Shown here: in pieces, positions 50,931 through 60,652 of the stretch
Layout: every line of letters begins with the position of its first letter
Position numbering within the stretch: position 1 is the first letter of the stretch
Assembly: GCA_963422395.1 (NCBI GenBank)
Contig: OY729431.1
Span: forward strand, 416,001-480,000
Direction: 5' to 3'
Source of the DNA: Vicinamibacteria bacterium
GTDB lineage: Bacteria; Acidobacteriota; Vicinamibacteria; Marinacidobacterales; Marinacidobacteraceae
DNA length: 64,000 nucleotides
The notes under the pieces: generated by a model
Seen by the model: the letters and a program-made list of their open reading frames with translations, nothing else
Databases searched by the model: none
Told to the model about the DNA's origin: nothing
Position numbers and translations under genes: made by a program

Positions 50931-51081
50931 GTGCCCGCCGGGCGGATCGCAGATGGGCGGTTCGGTCCGCGTCGTGTCTGGATCGCGCCGGAAGCGTGCA
51001 ACATCCGGGCTGGTGAGTTGCCGGCCCGTTGTTCTCGTGAGGTTCGTAACGCCCGGTTCACAGGTTCACAGGCGGCAGCAC
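50931..51081 (+). ncRNA. Candidate structured RNA upstream of rho (6S-like or rho leader)
   Basis: Ends pair (GTGCCCGCC...GGCGGCAGCAC); inner GGGCG/CGCCC and GGGCTGG/CCGGCCC stems; GGTTCACA direct repeat. Confidence 0.3.
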
Positions 51082-51115
51082 CCAACCAGGAAAAGGCTCA
51101 ACCAGGAAGTAAGGC

Positions 51116-52438
51116 ATGCCCAGCACCCGAAGAAGCCATCCGGCTCGCCGGAGAGAACATCGCTCCGGATCGTGGAGACCGGAGGAGGCGGCCCCCGAGG
51201 GAGCCCGTCCGAACCCGCAGGAGCCGACCGATGTCGATTCGTCTGCCGAGGCCAAGGCGGAAGGCAACGGGCCGGCCGCCGCGGCGGCTCGGCCGGCCGA
51301 AACCCCTCCGATCGAAGTTACCGGCCTACTCGATATGGGACCGCGCGACAGCGGCTATCTGCGGCTCCTTTCGAACAACTTCCTTCCGCGGGGTTCGGAT
51401 ATCCGGGCGCCCTTCGGACTGATCGACCGCTACCAGCTGCGGGCGGGGCACATGGTCTTCGGCCATCACGGTCCACCACGCCGCGGTCGGCGCCGGGGAG
51501 GTCCGCTCCGGGCCGAGTTGCATACGGTCCTGGAGGTCAACGGCTATCCGGTGGACGCGATGCCGCCCCGCCGCAATTACTCCGATCTGATCAGTGAGCA
51601 TCCTGCTCCCCGGGTCGAGCTCGCCCGGTCCGAACCGGCTTCCCTGTCGCTGCGGGTGGTGGACCTCATCGCGCCCATCGGGCGCGGACAACGCGGCCTC
51701 ATCGTCGCCGCTCCGAAGACCGGCAAGACCATCCTGCTCGAAGAGATCGGTGCGTCCATCTCCCGGCACTATCCTGGAATCCATCTCATCATCCTGCTCA
51801 TCGACGAGCGCCCGGAGGAAGTGACCCACATGCGGCGCGCGGTCACCGAGGCCCAGGTGGTCGCCTCCACCGCCGACAGCGGCAGCGCCGATCATGTGCG
51901 CGTCGCCCGGATCGTGTTGGAGCAGGCTCGCCGCCTCGTGGAAATGAAGGAAGATGTGGTCATCCTGCTCGATTCCATCACCCGCCTCGGGCGGGCGGCG
52001 AACCGGGAAATGCGGGGGAAGGGCCGCACGATGAGCGGCGGCATCGATTCGCGCGCGCTCGAGTTCCCGCGTCAGTTCTTCGGTGCGGCGCGGAAGATCG
52101 AGGACGGCGGCAGCCTCACGATTCTGGGCACATCGCTCGTGGATACCGGCAGCCAGATGGACGAGGTGATCTTCCAGGAGTTCAAGGGCACCGGAAACAT
52201 GGAGCTGGTGCTCGATCGGAAGCTGGCGGAATCCCGCATCTTCCCCGCCATCGACATCCACCGATCCGGGACGCGGCGCGAAGAGCTGCTGCTCTCGCCG
52301 GAGGAACTGCCGAAGACCCATCTGCTCCGACGCGCGCTGGCCGGCCTCAAGCCGATGGAGGCGATGTCCCTGCTCCTCGGCAGAATGGGCCGGACGAAGA
52401 ACAACGCCGAGATGCTCGCCCAGATCCGGGTTTCTTGA
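51116..52438 (+). CDS. rho: Transcription termination factor Rho
   Basis: APIGRGQRGLIVAAPKTGKT, LIDERPEEVT, LLDSITRL, EFKGTGNMEL. Confidence 0.95.
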   Translation: MPSTRRSHPARRREHRSGSWRPEEAAPEGARPNPQEPTDVDSSAEAKAEGNGPAAAAARPAETPPIEVTGLLDMGPRDSGYLRLLSNNFLPRGSDIRAPFGLIDRYQLRAGHMVFGHHGPPRRGRRRGGPLRAELHTVLEVNGYPVDAMPPRRNYSDLISEHPAPRVELARSEPASLSLRVVDLIAPIGRGQRGLIVAAPKTGKTILLEEIGASISRHYPGIHLIILLIDERPEEVTHMRRAVTEAQVVASTADSGSADHVRVARIVLEQARRLVEMKEDVVILLDSITRLGRAANREMRGKGRTMSGGIDSRALEFPRQFFGAARKIEDGGSLTILGTSLVDTGSQMDEVIFQEFKGTGNMELVLDRKLAESRIFPAIDIHRSGTRREELLLSPEELPKTHLLRRALAGLKPMEAMSLLLGRMGRTKNNAEMLAQIRVS

Positions 52439-52474
52439 TCCGGGTTCCCTGAGCCGCCGCCCGGACCTCCGGCC

Positions 52475-52515
52475 TTCCCTCTCCCCCGCAGCGGTTCTTT
52501 GCGGGGAAGGGGGAA
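52475..52515. terminator. GC-rich hairpin between the convergent rho and arsI-like genes
   Basis: TTCCCTCTCCCCCGCA...TGCGGGGAAGGGGGAA. Confidence 0.45.
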
Positions 52516-52572
52516 CTCTCCCTTGCGGCGCTCCCCGATGCTTCCGGCACCGGGGAAGCGCACCACCACCGG

Positions 52573-52989
52573 TCAGGAGGTTTCGCAGGCCGGGCTGTTG
52601 GAGTCGCAGCAGGTGGATTCTCCGGTCTCCAGATCCTCGATCACCCGGTACCACTCCCAACGGAGTCCCTCGGGCTCGTCCGCCCAGACCTTGTTCTGGC
52701 GAGCGTGGCAGCAGCTGACTTCGCTTTCGATCCGGTGAGGGAGGCCGGCGGCCCGAATCCGATCCAGAGCTCCAGCCACCTCCCGGTCGCTGAAGGCCTC
52801 GACACCGAGATGGTTGATCCGATCGGGCGCCCCGGGCGTCTCGAACAGGACCAACTTGAGCGGGGGCTCCGCGATCGCGAAGTTGGCGTACCCGGGCTTT
52901 CGCTTCGCCGGATCCACTCCGAACAATTTCGAGTAGAAGTCCACGGCGGCATCGAGGTCTTCGACATTGAGGGCGAGTTGCAGTCGCAT
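52573..52989 (-). CDS. ArsI/CadI family VOC metalloenzyme
   Basis: MRLQLALNV, YANFAIAEPPLKLVL, NHLGVE, SCCHARQNKVW, WEWY, C-terminal CC. Confidence 0.9.
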   Translation of the reverse strand: MRLQLALNVEDLDAAVDFYSKLFGVDPAKRKPGYANFAIAEPPLKLVLFETPGAPDRINHLGVEAFSDREVAGALDRIRAAGLPHRIESEVSCCHARQNKVWADEPEGLRWEWYRVIEDLETGESTCCDSNSPACETS

Positions 52990-53029
52990 CGGTTTTCTCC
53001 TGGAGCAGCGGCTCCGGCGATGAGGGAGG

Positions 53030-53320
53030 TCAGCACGACCCCTCGCAACAGTGTTCGGTCAAGAATCCGACGAGGGCTTCCATGGCGGCGAAGTCGGCGC
53101 TGTAGATCAGCGACCGGCCGTTCCGCCGACAGCAGACGACCCCGGCGTTCCTGAGCTCCTTCAGGTGGAACGACAGCGTGGTGCCGGGGACCTGCAGCCG
53201 CTCTCCGAGCACTCCCGCGGACAGTCCCTCGGGGCCGGCCCGGACGAGTAGTCGAAAGGCAGCGAGCCGGGTTTTCTGCGCGAGCGCGGCAAGGGCCGGA
53301 ATCGCTCTATTTATATCCAC
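53030..53320 (-). CDS. arsR: ArsR/SmtB family regulator
   Basis: LAALAQKTRLAAFRLL, TLSFHLKEL, C-terminal FLTEHCC (As(III)-binding type). Confidence 0.88.
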   Translation of the reverse strand: MDINRAIPALAALAQKTRLAAFRLLVRAGPEGLSAGVLGERLQVPGTTLSFHLKELRNAGVVCCRRNGRSLIYSADFAAMEALVGFLTEHCCEGSC

Positions 53321-53349
53321 TATTCCAGTATAATAGTAATCTAAAATAG
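53320..53349 (-). promoter_or_regulatory. ArsR operator / -10 box; probable leaderless transcript
   Basis: AT-rich imperfect inverted repeat CTATTCCAG...CTAAAATAG; minus-strand TATACT 6 nt before the GTG. Confidence 0.6.
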
Positions 53350-53434
53350 ATGCAAACTCCTTCGGAGGCGGCCGGGAACTGCCCGCAGCCTCCACGGACT
53401 GCTAGAATCGTCGGTCCCGCCGGCAGGTGGTTCC

Positions 53435-53770
53435 ATGTACGCAATCTTCGAAAGCGGCGGAAAGCAGCACCGGGCGGAGCCCGGCCAGCGGGTGGCTCTC
53501 GAGCAGCTCGCGGCCGCGGACGGCGACACCGTCTCCTTCGACAAGGTACTCATGGTGCGGGATGCGGAAAGCGGTGATTGCCAGGTGGGGGCCCCGTACC
53601 TCGAGGGAGCGACGGTTTCCGCGACCGTGCTCTCCCACTACCGGGATTCCAAGGTGCTCGTGTTCAAGCGAAAGCGGCGCAAGGGGTATCGCCGGAAGCA
53701 GGGGCACCGCCAGGCCCGCATCCAGGTGCGCGTGGAGGGGATCCACCTCCACGCGGATTCCGCGGAGTAG
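53435..53770 (+). CDS. rplU: 50S ribosomal protein L21
   Basis: [28 protein letters not shown]. Confidence 0.96.
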   Translation: MYAIFESGGKQHRAEPGQRVALEQLAAADGDTVSFDKVLMVRDAESGDCQVGAPYLEGATVSATVLSHYRDSKVLVFKRKRRKGYRRKQGHRQARIQVRVEGIHLHADSAE

Positions 53771-53792
53771 CCCGCAGCAGCCGGAGGTCGGA

Positions 53793-54047
53793 TTGGCTCA
53801 CAAGAAGGGACAGGGAAGTTCACGCAACGGACGCGATAGCCACTCGAAGCGGCTCGGCGTCAAGCGCTTCGCTGGCGAACGGGTGACCGGTGGGGCGATC
53901 CTCGTTCGCCAGCGCGGCACCCGCTTCAAGCCCGGCCCGGGGGTGGGTCGCGGCCGCGACGATACGCTGTTCGCGAAGGTTTCGGGCATCGTGCAGTTCC
54001 GGAACCGCGGCCGGCTCGGCCGCTTCCTCTCGATCGCTGCGGACTGA
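53793..54047 (+). CDS. rpmA: 50S ribosomal protein L27
   Basis: TTG start; [31 protein letters not shown]. Confidence 0.96.
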   Translation: MAHKKGQGSSRNGRDSHSKRLGVKRFAGERVTGGAILVRQRGTRFKPGPGVGRGRDDTLFAKVSGIVQFRNRGRLGRFLSIAAD

Positions 54048-54177
54048 TCCCCTGCCTGCTGGCGGGAGGGGCCGATGCGAACCGCCGACGGTGCCCGGGG
54101 CGTCGGCCGCGCTTGGTTCGCCGGCGATGCCGATGCGGATATGCCCGCCGATGCCTCCGAGCTGGCCCCGTCTTCCC

Positions 54178-55194
54178 ATGCTGATCGATGAGGTCGTGCT
54201 CAGTCTCTCCGGCGGGCGCGGCGGCCAGGGCGCCGTGAGCTTCCGGCGCGAAAAGTTCGTTCCCCGCGGCGGACCGGACGGAGGCAACGGTGGGCGCGGC
54301 GGCCGCGTGCTGCTGGTGGCCGACCGGGGCCGCAACACGCTCGCCGCCTACCGCTACCGGCCCAGCTATCGCGCCAGTGCCGGGGGCAACGGCTCGGGGA
54401 ACAACCGGCAGGGCCGTTCCGGCGAAGATGTCGTCCTGCGGGTTCCGGCGGGCACCGCCGCCTTCGATCACGATTCGGGGATCCTGCTCGGCGACCTGGT
54501 CCGGGACGGCGACACGCTCACCGTCGCCGCCGGAGGGCGCGGCGGCCGCGGCAACGCGGTGTTCCGGACGGCCACGAACCAGGCACCCCGACGCGTCGAG
54601 CCGGGAGAGCCGGGAACCTCCCGCGCGGTCCGTCTCGAGTTGCGTCTGCTGGCCGATGTGGGCCTCGTAGGATTCCCGAATGCGGGGAAATCGTCGTTCA
54701 TCGCGCGGGTCAGCGCTGCTCGGCCGCGGATCGGGGACTACCCGTTCACTACCCTGACTCCGAATCTGGGTTTCGTGCGGGTCGCCGACGATGCGGAATT
54801 CGTCGTCGCCGATCTGCCGGGACTGATTCCCGGGGCCAGCCAGGGCGCCGGGCTCGGCACCCGCTTCCTGAAACATCTGTCGCGCACTGCGTTCCTCGCC
54901 TACTTCGTGGATGTCTCCGAATTCTCCTGCCGCGAACCCGCCGAAGATCTCGCGGTGCTTCAGGAAGAGGTGGTCCGCTACGGGGCAGGTCTGTGCGACA
55001 AGCCGGCGCTCGTGGTGGGGAACAAGACCGACATCCTGAGCGGCGAGACCCGGCTCGACTCCCTGTCCGGCGCTGCCTCGGCCAGCGGACTGCCGTTCTT
55101 CGCCATCTCCGCCGTGACCGGTGATGGATGCCGGGCGCTGACCGCCGCGCTCGGCACGCGGGTCGCCGGGGTCTGCCGCGGCCAGGAATCTTGA
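54178..55194 (+). CDS. obgE: GTPase ObgE
   Basis: FRREKFVPRGGPDGG, ADVGLVGFPNAGKS, YPFTTL, DLPG, NKTD. Confidence 0.96.
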   Translation: MLIDEVVLSLSGGRGGQGAVSFRREKFVPRGGPDGGNGGRGGRVLLVADRGRNTLAAYRYRPSYRASAGGNGSGNNRQGRSGEDVVLRVPAGTAAFDHDSGILLGDLVRDGDTLTVAAGGRGGRGNAVFRTATNQAPRRVEPGEPGTSRAVRLELRLLADVGLVGFPNAGKSSFIARVSAARPRIGDYPFTTLTPNLGFVRVADDAEFVVADLPGLIPGASQGAGLGTRFLKHLSRTAFLAYFVDVSEFSCREPAEDLAVLQEEVVRYGAGLCDKPALVVGNKTDILSGETRLDSLSGAASASGLPFFAISAVTGDGCRALTAALGTRVAGVCRGQES

Positions 55195-55862
55195 ACCGGC
55201 CCTCTGTTCGCCGCCCCGGAGTGATCGCGGTCTTCGGCGGCACCTTCGACCCGCCGCACTGGGGGCATGTGCGCGCCGCCGAAGCGGTTCGCGATCGGGT
55301 AGGAGTGGAGGAAGTGTGGCTGGTTCCGGCCGCGGTTCCGCCTCATCGCCCGGTCCCGCCGCGAGTCACCGGCCAGGAGCGGCTGGAGCTCGTCGAAGCT
55401 GCGATCCGCGGCCGGGATCGACTGGTGGCGAGCGCGATCGAACTGGAGCGCGCAGGGCCTTCGTTCACCATCGACACCCTGGATCGGATCGTCGCCGGCC
55501 GACCACCGACTGCGGATGGTCAGGCGCGGGTGTTCTTCGTGGCAGGTAGCGACGCGTTCCGCGAGATTCGCACCTGGAGCCGCTACCAAACCCTGCTCGA
55601 ACGGCACCCGGTTCTCGTCCACCACCGCCCCGGCTGCCCGCTCGAAGAGGCGCTGACCCCGCTGCCGGCACGGTTTCGGCAGCGGGTCACCGCGGACCTT
55701 GCCGCTCCGTTGATCCCCCCGCGGATCCTCACCATCGACCAGCCGTTTCCCGTTTCCGAGTCGCATCGGATCCGCGAGCGGGTTCGCGCGCGGTTGCGGG
55801 TCGCCGATCTGATGCCCCACCGGGTAATTTCACGGATCGGAGAACGGGGTTTCTATCGGTGA
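55191..55862 (+). CDS. nadD: Nicotinate-nucleotide adenylyltransferase
   Basis: FGGTFDPPHWGH, PPHR, SFTIDTL, GSDAF. Confidence 0.92.
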   Translation: MNRPSVRRPGVIAVFGGTFDPPHWGHVRAAEAVRDRVGVEEVWLVPAAVPPHRPVPPRVTGQERLELVEAAIRGRDRLVASAIELERAGPSFTIDTLDRIVAGRPPTADGQARVFFVAGSDAFREIRTWSRYQTLLERHPVLVHHRPGCPLEEALTPLPARFRQRVTADLAAPLIPPRILTIDQPFPVSESHRIRERVRARLRVADLMPHRVISRIGERGFYR

Positions 55863-56245
55863 GCGTGGGCGGCGCTCCGGGAGCGGAGGCCGAGGCGCGG
55901 GCTGCGGCCCGGATCGCGCTCGCGGAAATGGCCGAGGATGTGGTGATGCTCGATCTGCGCGGGCTTGCCGGTTTCACCGATTTCTTCGTGATCGCCACTG
56001 CGGCCAGCGAGCGTCGGCGCAAGACGGTGACCGATGCCATCGAGCGCGCGGTCTTCGAGCGCTTCGGCCGCAAACCGACCCATCTCGAGGGCTATCCGGC
56101 GGCGGGTTGGCTGCTCGCCGACTATGGGGACTTCGTAGTGCATGTCTTTTCGCCGGAGAGCCGCGAGCTCTATCAGCTCGAGCGACTCTGGGGAGACGCC
56201 GACCGCTGGTCGCCCCCAGCGAAAGAGCCAGCCGGAGCCGCGTAG
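55859..56245 (+). CDS. rsfS: Ribosome silencing factor
   Basis: DFFVIAT, WLLADYGDFVVHVF, YQLERLWGD. Confidence 0.93.
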   Translation: MSVGGAPGAEAEARAAARIALAEMAEDVVMLDLRGLAGFTDFFVIATAASERRRKTVTDAIERAVFERFGRKPTHLEGYPAAGWLLADYGDFVVHVFSPESRELYQLERLWGDADRWSPPAKEPAGAA

Positions 56246-56273
56246 AATCGGGGCTCGGCGAAGGCGGGAATCC

Positions 56274-57629
56274 ATGGGCATGCGCACTCTGCTGTTCCTC
56301 GTCGGAGCCCTGTTCGCTGCCACCTTCCTCTTGGTGGTCGTGGCTGCGAATTCGCAGTTCGTGACGGTCACGCTGCCGCTGTTCCTCCCCATTCGGGTGG
56401 AGCTTTGGAAGGTCATGCTCGGGGGTTTCGGGATCGGGGCGGCGATCGCGCTGGCTTTCGATCTCGCTGGCCGAGTGCGCCGGCTGGTCCGGGAGCGGCG
56501 GCTGCGTCGGGGCCGTCTCGACCTCGAAGAGGGAGAACGACTGTTCTTCCAGGGACTCGGCGAGATGGCTTCGGGGCTTTGGCCGGAAGCGCTCCTGAGT
56601 TTCGAGGCAGCCCAGGAATATTCCGGCCCTGACTCGAAGACGCTTCGCCGCAAGGCCGAGTGCCTCATGCGTCTCGGCCGCCCCGGAGCGGCCGCGGCGG
56701 CGCTCGAGGAGGCGGCTGCCGAGGACCGCGGCCGTCGAGAGGTGGCGTATGCGCTGGCTGAGGCTCTTTCGGCCGCGGGCGAGACGGACCGCGCCCGCAC
56801 CCTGCTGGAGACGACGATCTCCGAAGATCCCGATGCTCCGGCGACCGCGCTCGCGGCGCTCCGCGACCTCCTGGTGGCGGCGGGGGACACCCGCGCTGCT
56901 CTTTCGCTCCAGCAGCAGCTGGTGTCGGTCATCCCGCCCTCCGGCCGCGCCGCCGAGGAGCGCCGCGCGCTCGCCCTGCGGCACGCCTACGGGAGGGAGC
57001 TCCTCGAACACGGCGAGCCCGCCGAGGCGGGGAGAGTCTTCCGGGCCATTCTCGATGAAGATTCCAAAGCGGTACCTGCGTGGGTCCGGCTCGGTGATGC
57101 CTACCTGGCCGGCGGCAACGAATCGGCGGCGGTCGAGACCTGGAAGAAGGGTTTCCGGACGACCGGCGCCACCCCGCCGCTGACCGCGCTCCAGAACTAC
57201 TACCTGGACCGTACTTGTCCGGAGGATGCCATCTCGGTCTGGAAACAGGCGATCGCCGATGCCGACCCGGCCACCGAGAGTCAGTACCTGCTCGGAAAGC
57301 TGTACGACCGTCTCTACATGCTCGACGACGCCCTCAAGACCTTCGCCAATCTGCCGCGCCTGGCCACGCCTGCACTCGGCGCCCGTCTATCCCGGATTCT
57401 GGCGGGGCGCGGCGATCTCGCCGAAGCCATGATCCGCGCCCGTGAGGTCCTCGCTGCCGCCCCGGAGCTCGCCGCCGAGTATTCCTGCTCGGTGTGCGGA
57501 AAACGCCAGGAGGCCTGGAGCGACAGTTGTCGGAAGTGCGGAACGTACGGTGCCGTGGCTCTCGACCTCGAAGACTCTCGGGAAACGCCGGTCGAGGAGT
57601 CCGTGACCCCGGTTCCCGGGCAGGCCTGA
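56274..57629 (+). CDS. LapA/LapB-like TPR protein with C-terminal rubredoxin
   Basis: Two N-terminal TM helices, TPR repeats, YSCSVCG...CRKCG. Confidence 0.8.
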   Translation: MGMRTLLFLVGALFAATFLLVVVAANSQFVTVTLPLFLPIRVELWKVMLGGFGIGAAIALAFDLAGRVRRLVRERRLRRGRLDLEEGERLFFQGLGEMASGLWPEALLSFEAAQEYSGPDSKTLRRKAECLMRLGRPGAAAAALEEAAAEDRGRREVAYALAEALSAAGETDRARTLLETTISEDPDAPATALAALRDLLVAAGDTRAALSLQQQLVSVIPPSGRAAEERRALALRHAYGRELLEHGEPAEAGRVFRAILDEDSKAVPAWVRLGDAYLAGGNESAAVETWKKGFRTTGATPPLTALQNYYLDRTCPEDAISVWKQAIADADPATESQYLLGKLYDRLYMLDDALKTFANLPRLATPALGARLSRILAGRGDLAEAMIRAREVLAAAPELAAEYSCSVCGKRQEAWSDSCRKCGTYGAVALDLEDSRETPVEESVTPVPGQA

Positions 57630-57664
57630 TCCCGAGCCGGCCTGCCCGCCTGACCGGTGCGGGC

Positions 57665-58408
57665 GTGAGGGTCTGGCTGCGGCGCTCCTTCGGCCCGCTG
57701 CTGTTTCCGGTTCCGTGCTGCTTGTGTGATGGTCCGCTCGAAGACCCGCTCCTGAGCCCGGTATGCGGGGAATGCCGCCGCGGCTTCCAGATGCTTGCGG
57801 ACCCCGCGTGTCTGAAGTGCGGACTATTCTTCGCACCCGGCGTCGCTCCCGGAGTATGCGGCGAGTGCCGGCGGCGGCGGTGGCCCTTCCGGCGGGCTGT
57901 CTCCGCCGCGCGGTACGCCGTTCCCTTTCGCGACGCGATCTTGGAGTTGAAGTTCCGCCGTCGGGAGGGGATGGCGGAGCTCTTGGCGCGCCCGGCGGTG
58001 CTCGCATTTCGCCGAGCTGTCCGGAACCCGGAGATCGGGACCGAAGGTCCCCCAGCGGCTGCGGTCGTACCCGTTCCGCTTCCCTTTTGGCGGGGTCGCC
58101 GCCGAGGCTTCAATCAGGCCGAGCTGCTCGCCCGACCGGTCGCCCGAGAGCTCGGGATCCCGGTGGCCCGCAGGGTGCTCGGGCGGCACTGGCGGCCTGC
58201 TCAGACCTCGGTAGCGCCGAGTGCCCGCCGCACGAACATGCGGGGCGCCTTCCGAGTGCGCCGGCTGCCGGCAGGGCTCGTCGGCCGGCCGCTGCTGCTG
58301 CTGGACGATGTGTTCACCACCGGGAGTACGGTGTCCGCCGCCGCTCGCTGTCTCGTTCGTGCGGGCGCCGGTCCGGTGGATGTGCTGACGATCGCCCGCA
58401 CGCTCTGA
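57665..58408 (+). CDS. comF: ComF family protein (double Zn ribbon + PRTase)
   Basis: CxxC clusters, VPVPL, RGFNQA, LLDDVFTTGST. Confidence 0.9.
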   Translation: MRVWLRRSFGPLLFPVPCCLCDGPLEDPLLSPVCGECRRGFQMLADPACLKCGLFFAPGVAPGVCGECRRRRWPFRRAVSAARYAVPFRDAILELKFRRREGMAELLARPAVLAFRRAVRNPEIGTEGPPAAAVVPVPLPFWRGRRRGFNQAELLARPVARELGIPVARRVLGRHWRPAQTSVAPSARRTNMRGAFRVRRLPAGLVGRPLLLLDDVFTTGSTVSAAARCLVRAGAGPVDVLTIARTL

Positions 58409-58501
58409 ATGCGGGCTGCGCTTCGCTAGGATTCGCGGGTGAGCGGTCCGGTGCGGGGTCCGGTGAGTGGCTCGGTGGGGGTCCGGCCGAGAGCGTCCGC
58501 G

Positions 58502-59326
58502 ATGAGAACCGCGCGGCGCCGAATACGCCGCGCCGTCAGCCTCGTCTGCCTGCTCTCGATCGCTGGTGCGTCGGCGGCAGCTTGGGGACCGGAAGGCCAC
58601 CGCCGGATCGGGGAGAAGGCGATCGATTTCCTCCGGGATCCGCTCGAGGATTTTTTCGAGGACCGGGAGGAGGAATTCTACGATCTGCTCGACGATCCCG
58701 CCCGGGGCCGGAATCCGGCCCGTTTCTTCCTCGATGGCTACGATGATTTCCCGTTCTACGATGTGCCGGCCACCCGGGCACTGGCCCTCAGGCGTTTCAG
58801 CGAGGAGGAGATCGCCGAGCACGGAGATGCCCTCTGGCGGCTGCTCGAGGCCTATGACGCGCTCGTGGCGGCGTTCTCTGCGGGGGACTTCGACCTCGCA
58901 CTGGAACTGGCGAGCGATGTGGCTTGGTTGGTGGGCGAGCTCGCGGTCCCGCCGAACACTTCGTCGGGCGGCGACGGGCAGGCCACCGGGCAGGACGGGC
59001 TCGCGCGGCGCTTCGACACCCGGCTGATCGAGACCTTCGCCGACGAGCTGCGGATCCCAGGTGGGGCCGCGGTCTATCTCGACCGACCGAGAGAGTTCAT
59101 CCGCTCGCTGCCGCTGAAGGCATACATCTGGGTGGACAATATTTCCTTCGTGGATGCGATGTCGCGCCGGGGAGTCGCGGGATACGACCGGTTCTATCTC
59201 GACGGCATGTGGGGTGATCTCGGGGGGCTGGTCGGCGTGTCGATGAGCGACGCCGCCCGCGATGCGGCGAGCCTTTGGTACACCGCCTGGGTAGCGGCGG
59301 GGCGCCCCGAGGTCCCCGGCTCCTGA
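58502..59326 (+). CDS. Secreted S1/P1 nuclease / Zn-dependent phospholipase C-like protein (degenerate)
   Basis: Signal peptide followed by AWGPEGHRRI; C-terminal ASLWYTAWVAAGRP. Confidence 0.7.
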   Translation: MRTARRRIRRAVSLVCLLSIAGASAAAWGPEGHRRIGEKAIDFLRDPLEDFFEDREEEFYDLLDDPARGRNPARFFLDGYDDFPFYDVPATRALALRRFSEEEIAEHGDALWRLLEAYDALVAAFSAGDFDLALELASDVAWLVGELAVPPNTSSGGDGQATGQDGLARRFDTRLIETFADELRIPGGAAVYLDRPREFIRSLPLKAYIWVDNISFVDAMSRRGVAGYDRFYLDGMWGDLGGLVGVSMSDAARDAASLWYTAWVAAGRPEVPGS

Positions 59327-60015
59327 CTGGTGAAAGCGCCGCGCCGACGCGCTCGCCGGTCGCCTCGCCCCCCGGAGAGCCGAGCGCCGACGAACTCCGA
59401 AACGAACTGGACATCTCCACCATCCGCCGGTTGCGCGCCGGCGAACTGGATCCCAATACCGCCTGGTCCGACCTCATCGGGCGCCATCGCCGCCGTCTCT
59501 TCTCGCTCGCCTACCGATTCACTGGCCGCTACGAGGACGCCGAGGAACTCACCCAGGAGATCTTCGTGCGGGTCTTCCACCGTCTCGACCGCTTCGATCC
59601 GCGTGCCCATTTCGCCGTCTGGCTGCACTCGGTCGCGCGCAACTACTGCATCGACCGCTATCGGATGCGCGTTCGGGAACGCCAGCGGCTCCTGCCCGGA
59701 GAGGCTCGATTCGAACGAATGCTCGATGGCGCCGCCCTCGCTCCCGACCGCATCCTCGAGCGGCGTGAAGTCCGCGACGACCTCGCGGCAGCGCTCCAGT
59801 ACCTTTCGCCCAAACTTCGGGAAGTGGTGCAGCTTCGATTCTTCCAGGAGCTGCCCTACGAGGAGATCTGCGACCGCCTCGGGGTTCCTGAGGGGACCGT
59901 CAAGAGCCGCATCCACCGAGGGCGCGCCGAGTTGCGGCGCCACCTCGCGACGGTCCAACACACATCGCGGCGGAACGCGGCGCCGGCCGCTTCCGCGGCG
60001 GAGGAAAGCCCATGA
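59275..60015 (+). CDS. ECF (sigma-70 group 4) sigma factor; start uncertain
   Basis: DAEELTQEIF, WLHSVARN, YEEIC..LGVPEGTVKSRIHRGR. Confidence 0.9.
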   Translation: MVHRLGSGGAPRGPRLLTGESAAPTRSPVASPPGEPSADELRNELDISTIRRLRAGELDPNTAWSDLIGRHRRRLFSLAYRFTGRYEDAEELTQEIFVRVFHRLDRFDPRAHFAVWLHSVARNYCIDRYRMRVRERQRLLPGEARFERMLDGAALAPDRILERREVRDDLAAALQYLSPKLREVVQLRFFQELPYEEICDRLGVPEGTVKSRIHRGRAELRRHLATVQHTSRRNAAPAASAAEESP

Positions 60016-60377
60016 AGCTGAGTACCCGGAGCGAAGGCGCCGCCTTCCTGGTTCGCTTCGAGGAGCCGCGGCTCGTGTACGCGGCGCTCGATTCGTTCGT
60101 CGAACAGATCGTCCACCATCTGGAATCCCCGAATCCGCTTCTGGTTCTCGATTTCTCGGTCGTGAACTATGTGGATTCGGCGGCCATCGGCTGCCTCATG
60201 GACCTCTATCGGCGCGCCTCGGCGAACGAGGGTCGGATCGCGCTCTGCGGTGTCATGGAGCGGGTGGAGAGAATGCTGCGGATGACCGGCGCCCATGAGT
60301 TCCTCTCCATCTACCCGTCGGCGGAAGCGGCTCTCGACGCCCACCCCCGGAGCGGGCCGGCCGGGGAGAAACGATGA
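60012..60377 (+). CDS. STAS domain protein (anti-anti-sigma factor-like)
   Basis: LVLDFSVVNYVDSAAIGCL with the phosphorylatable Ser. Confidence 0.9.
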   Translation: MKLSTRSEGAAFLVRFEEPRLVYAALDSFVEQIVHHLESPNPLLVLDFSVVNYVDSAAIGCLMDLYRRASANEGRIALCGVMERVERMLRMTGAHEFLSIYPSAEAALDAHPRSGPAGEKR

Positions 60378-60652
60378 TGCGCGAGATACGGATGCAGGGC
60401 GGGCGCGGGATCCATCTCGACGGCGATCTCCTGACGATCCTGGAGGGGCTCTATCAGGAAGTTTCGGTTCGGAGCGAGTTCCGGAACACTTATGAGACGA
60501 TGATGGGCGAGATAAGCCACCTCGTGGACTCCATGAGCGAGGAGGAACGCCGGCGCTACCTGATCGAGAGCCTGTTCCTCAACATCGTGCGCTACGAGAA
60601 CGAGCGCCTCTCCGCGTTCCTCAAGCTGGTGGAGACTCCTTCGGAGGACTGA
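60374..60652 (+). CDS. Hypothetical small acidic helical protein
   Basis: Translationally coupled (ATGA) with the STAS gene; protein-like composition. Confidence 0.7.
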   Translation: MMREIRMQGGRGIHLDGDLLTILEGLYQEVSVRSEFRNTYETMMGEISHLVDSMSEEERRRYLIESLFLNIVRYENERLSAFLKLVETPSED

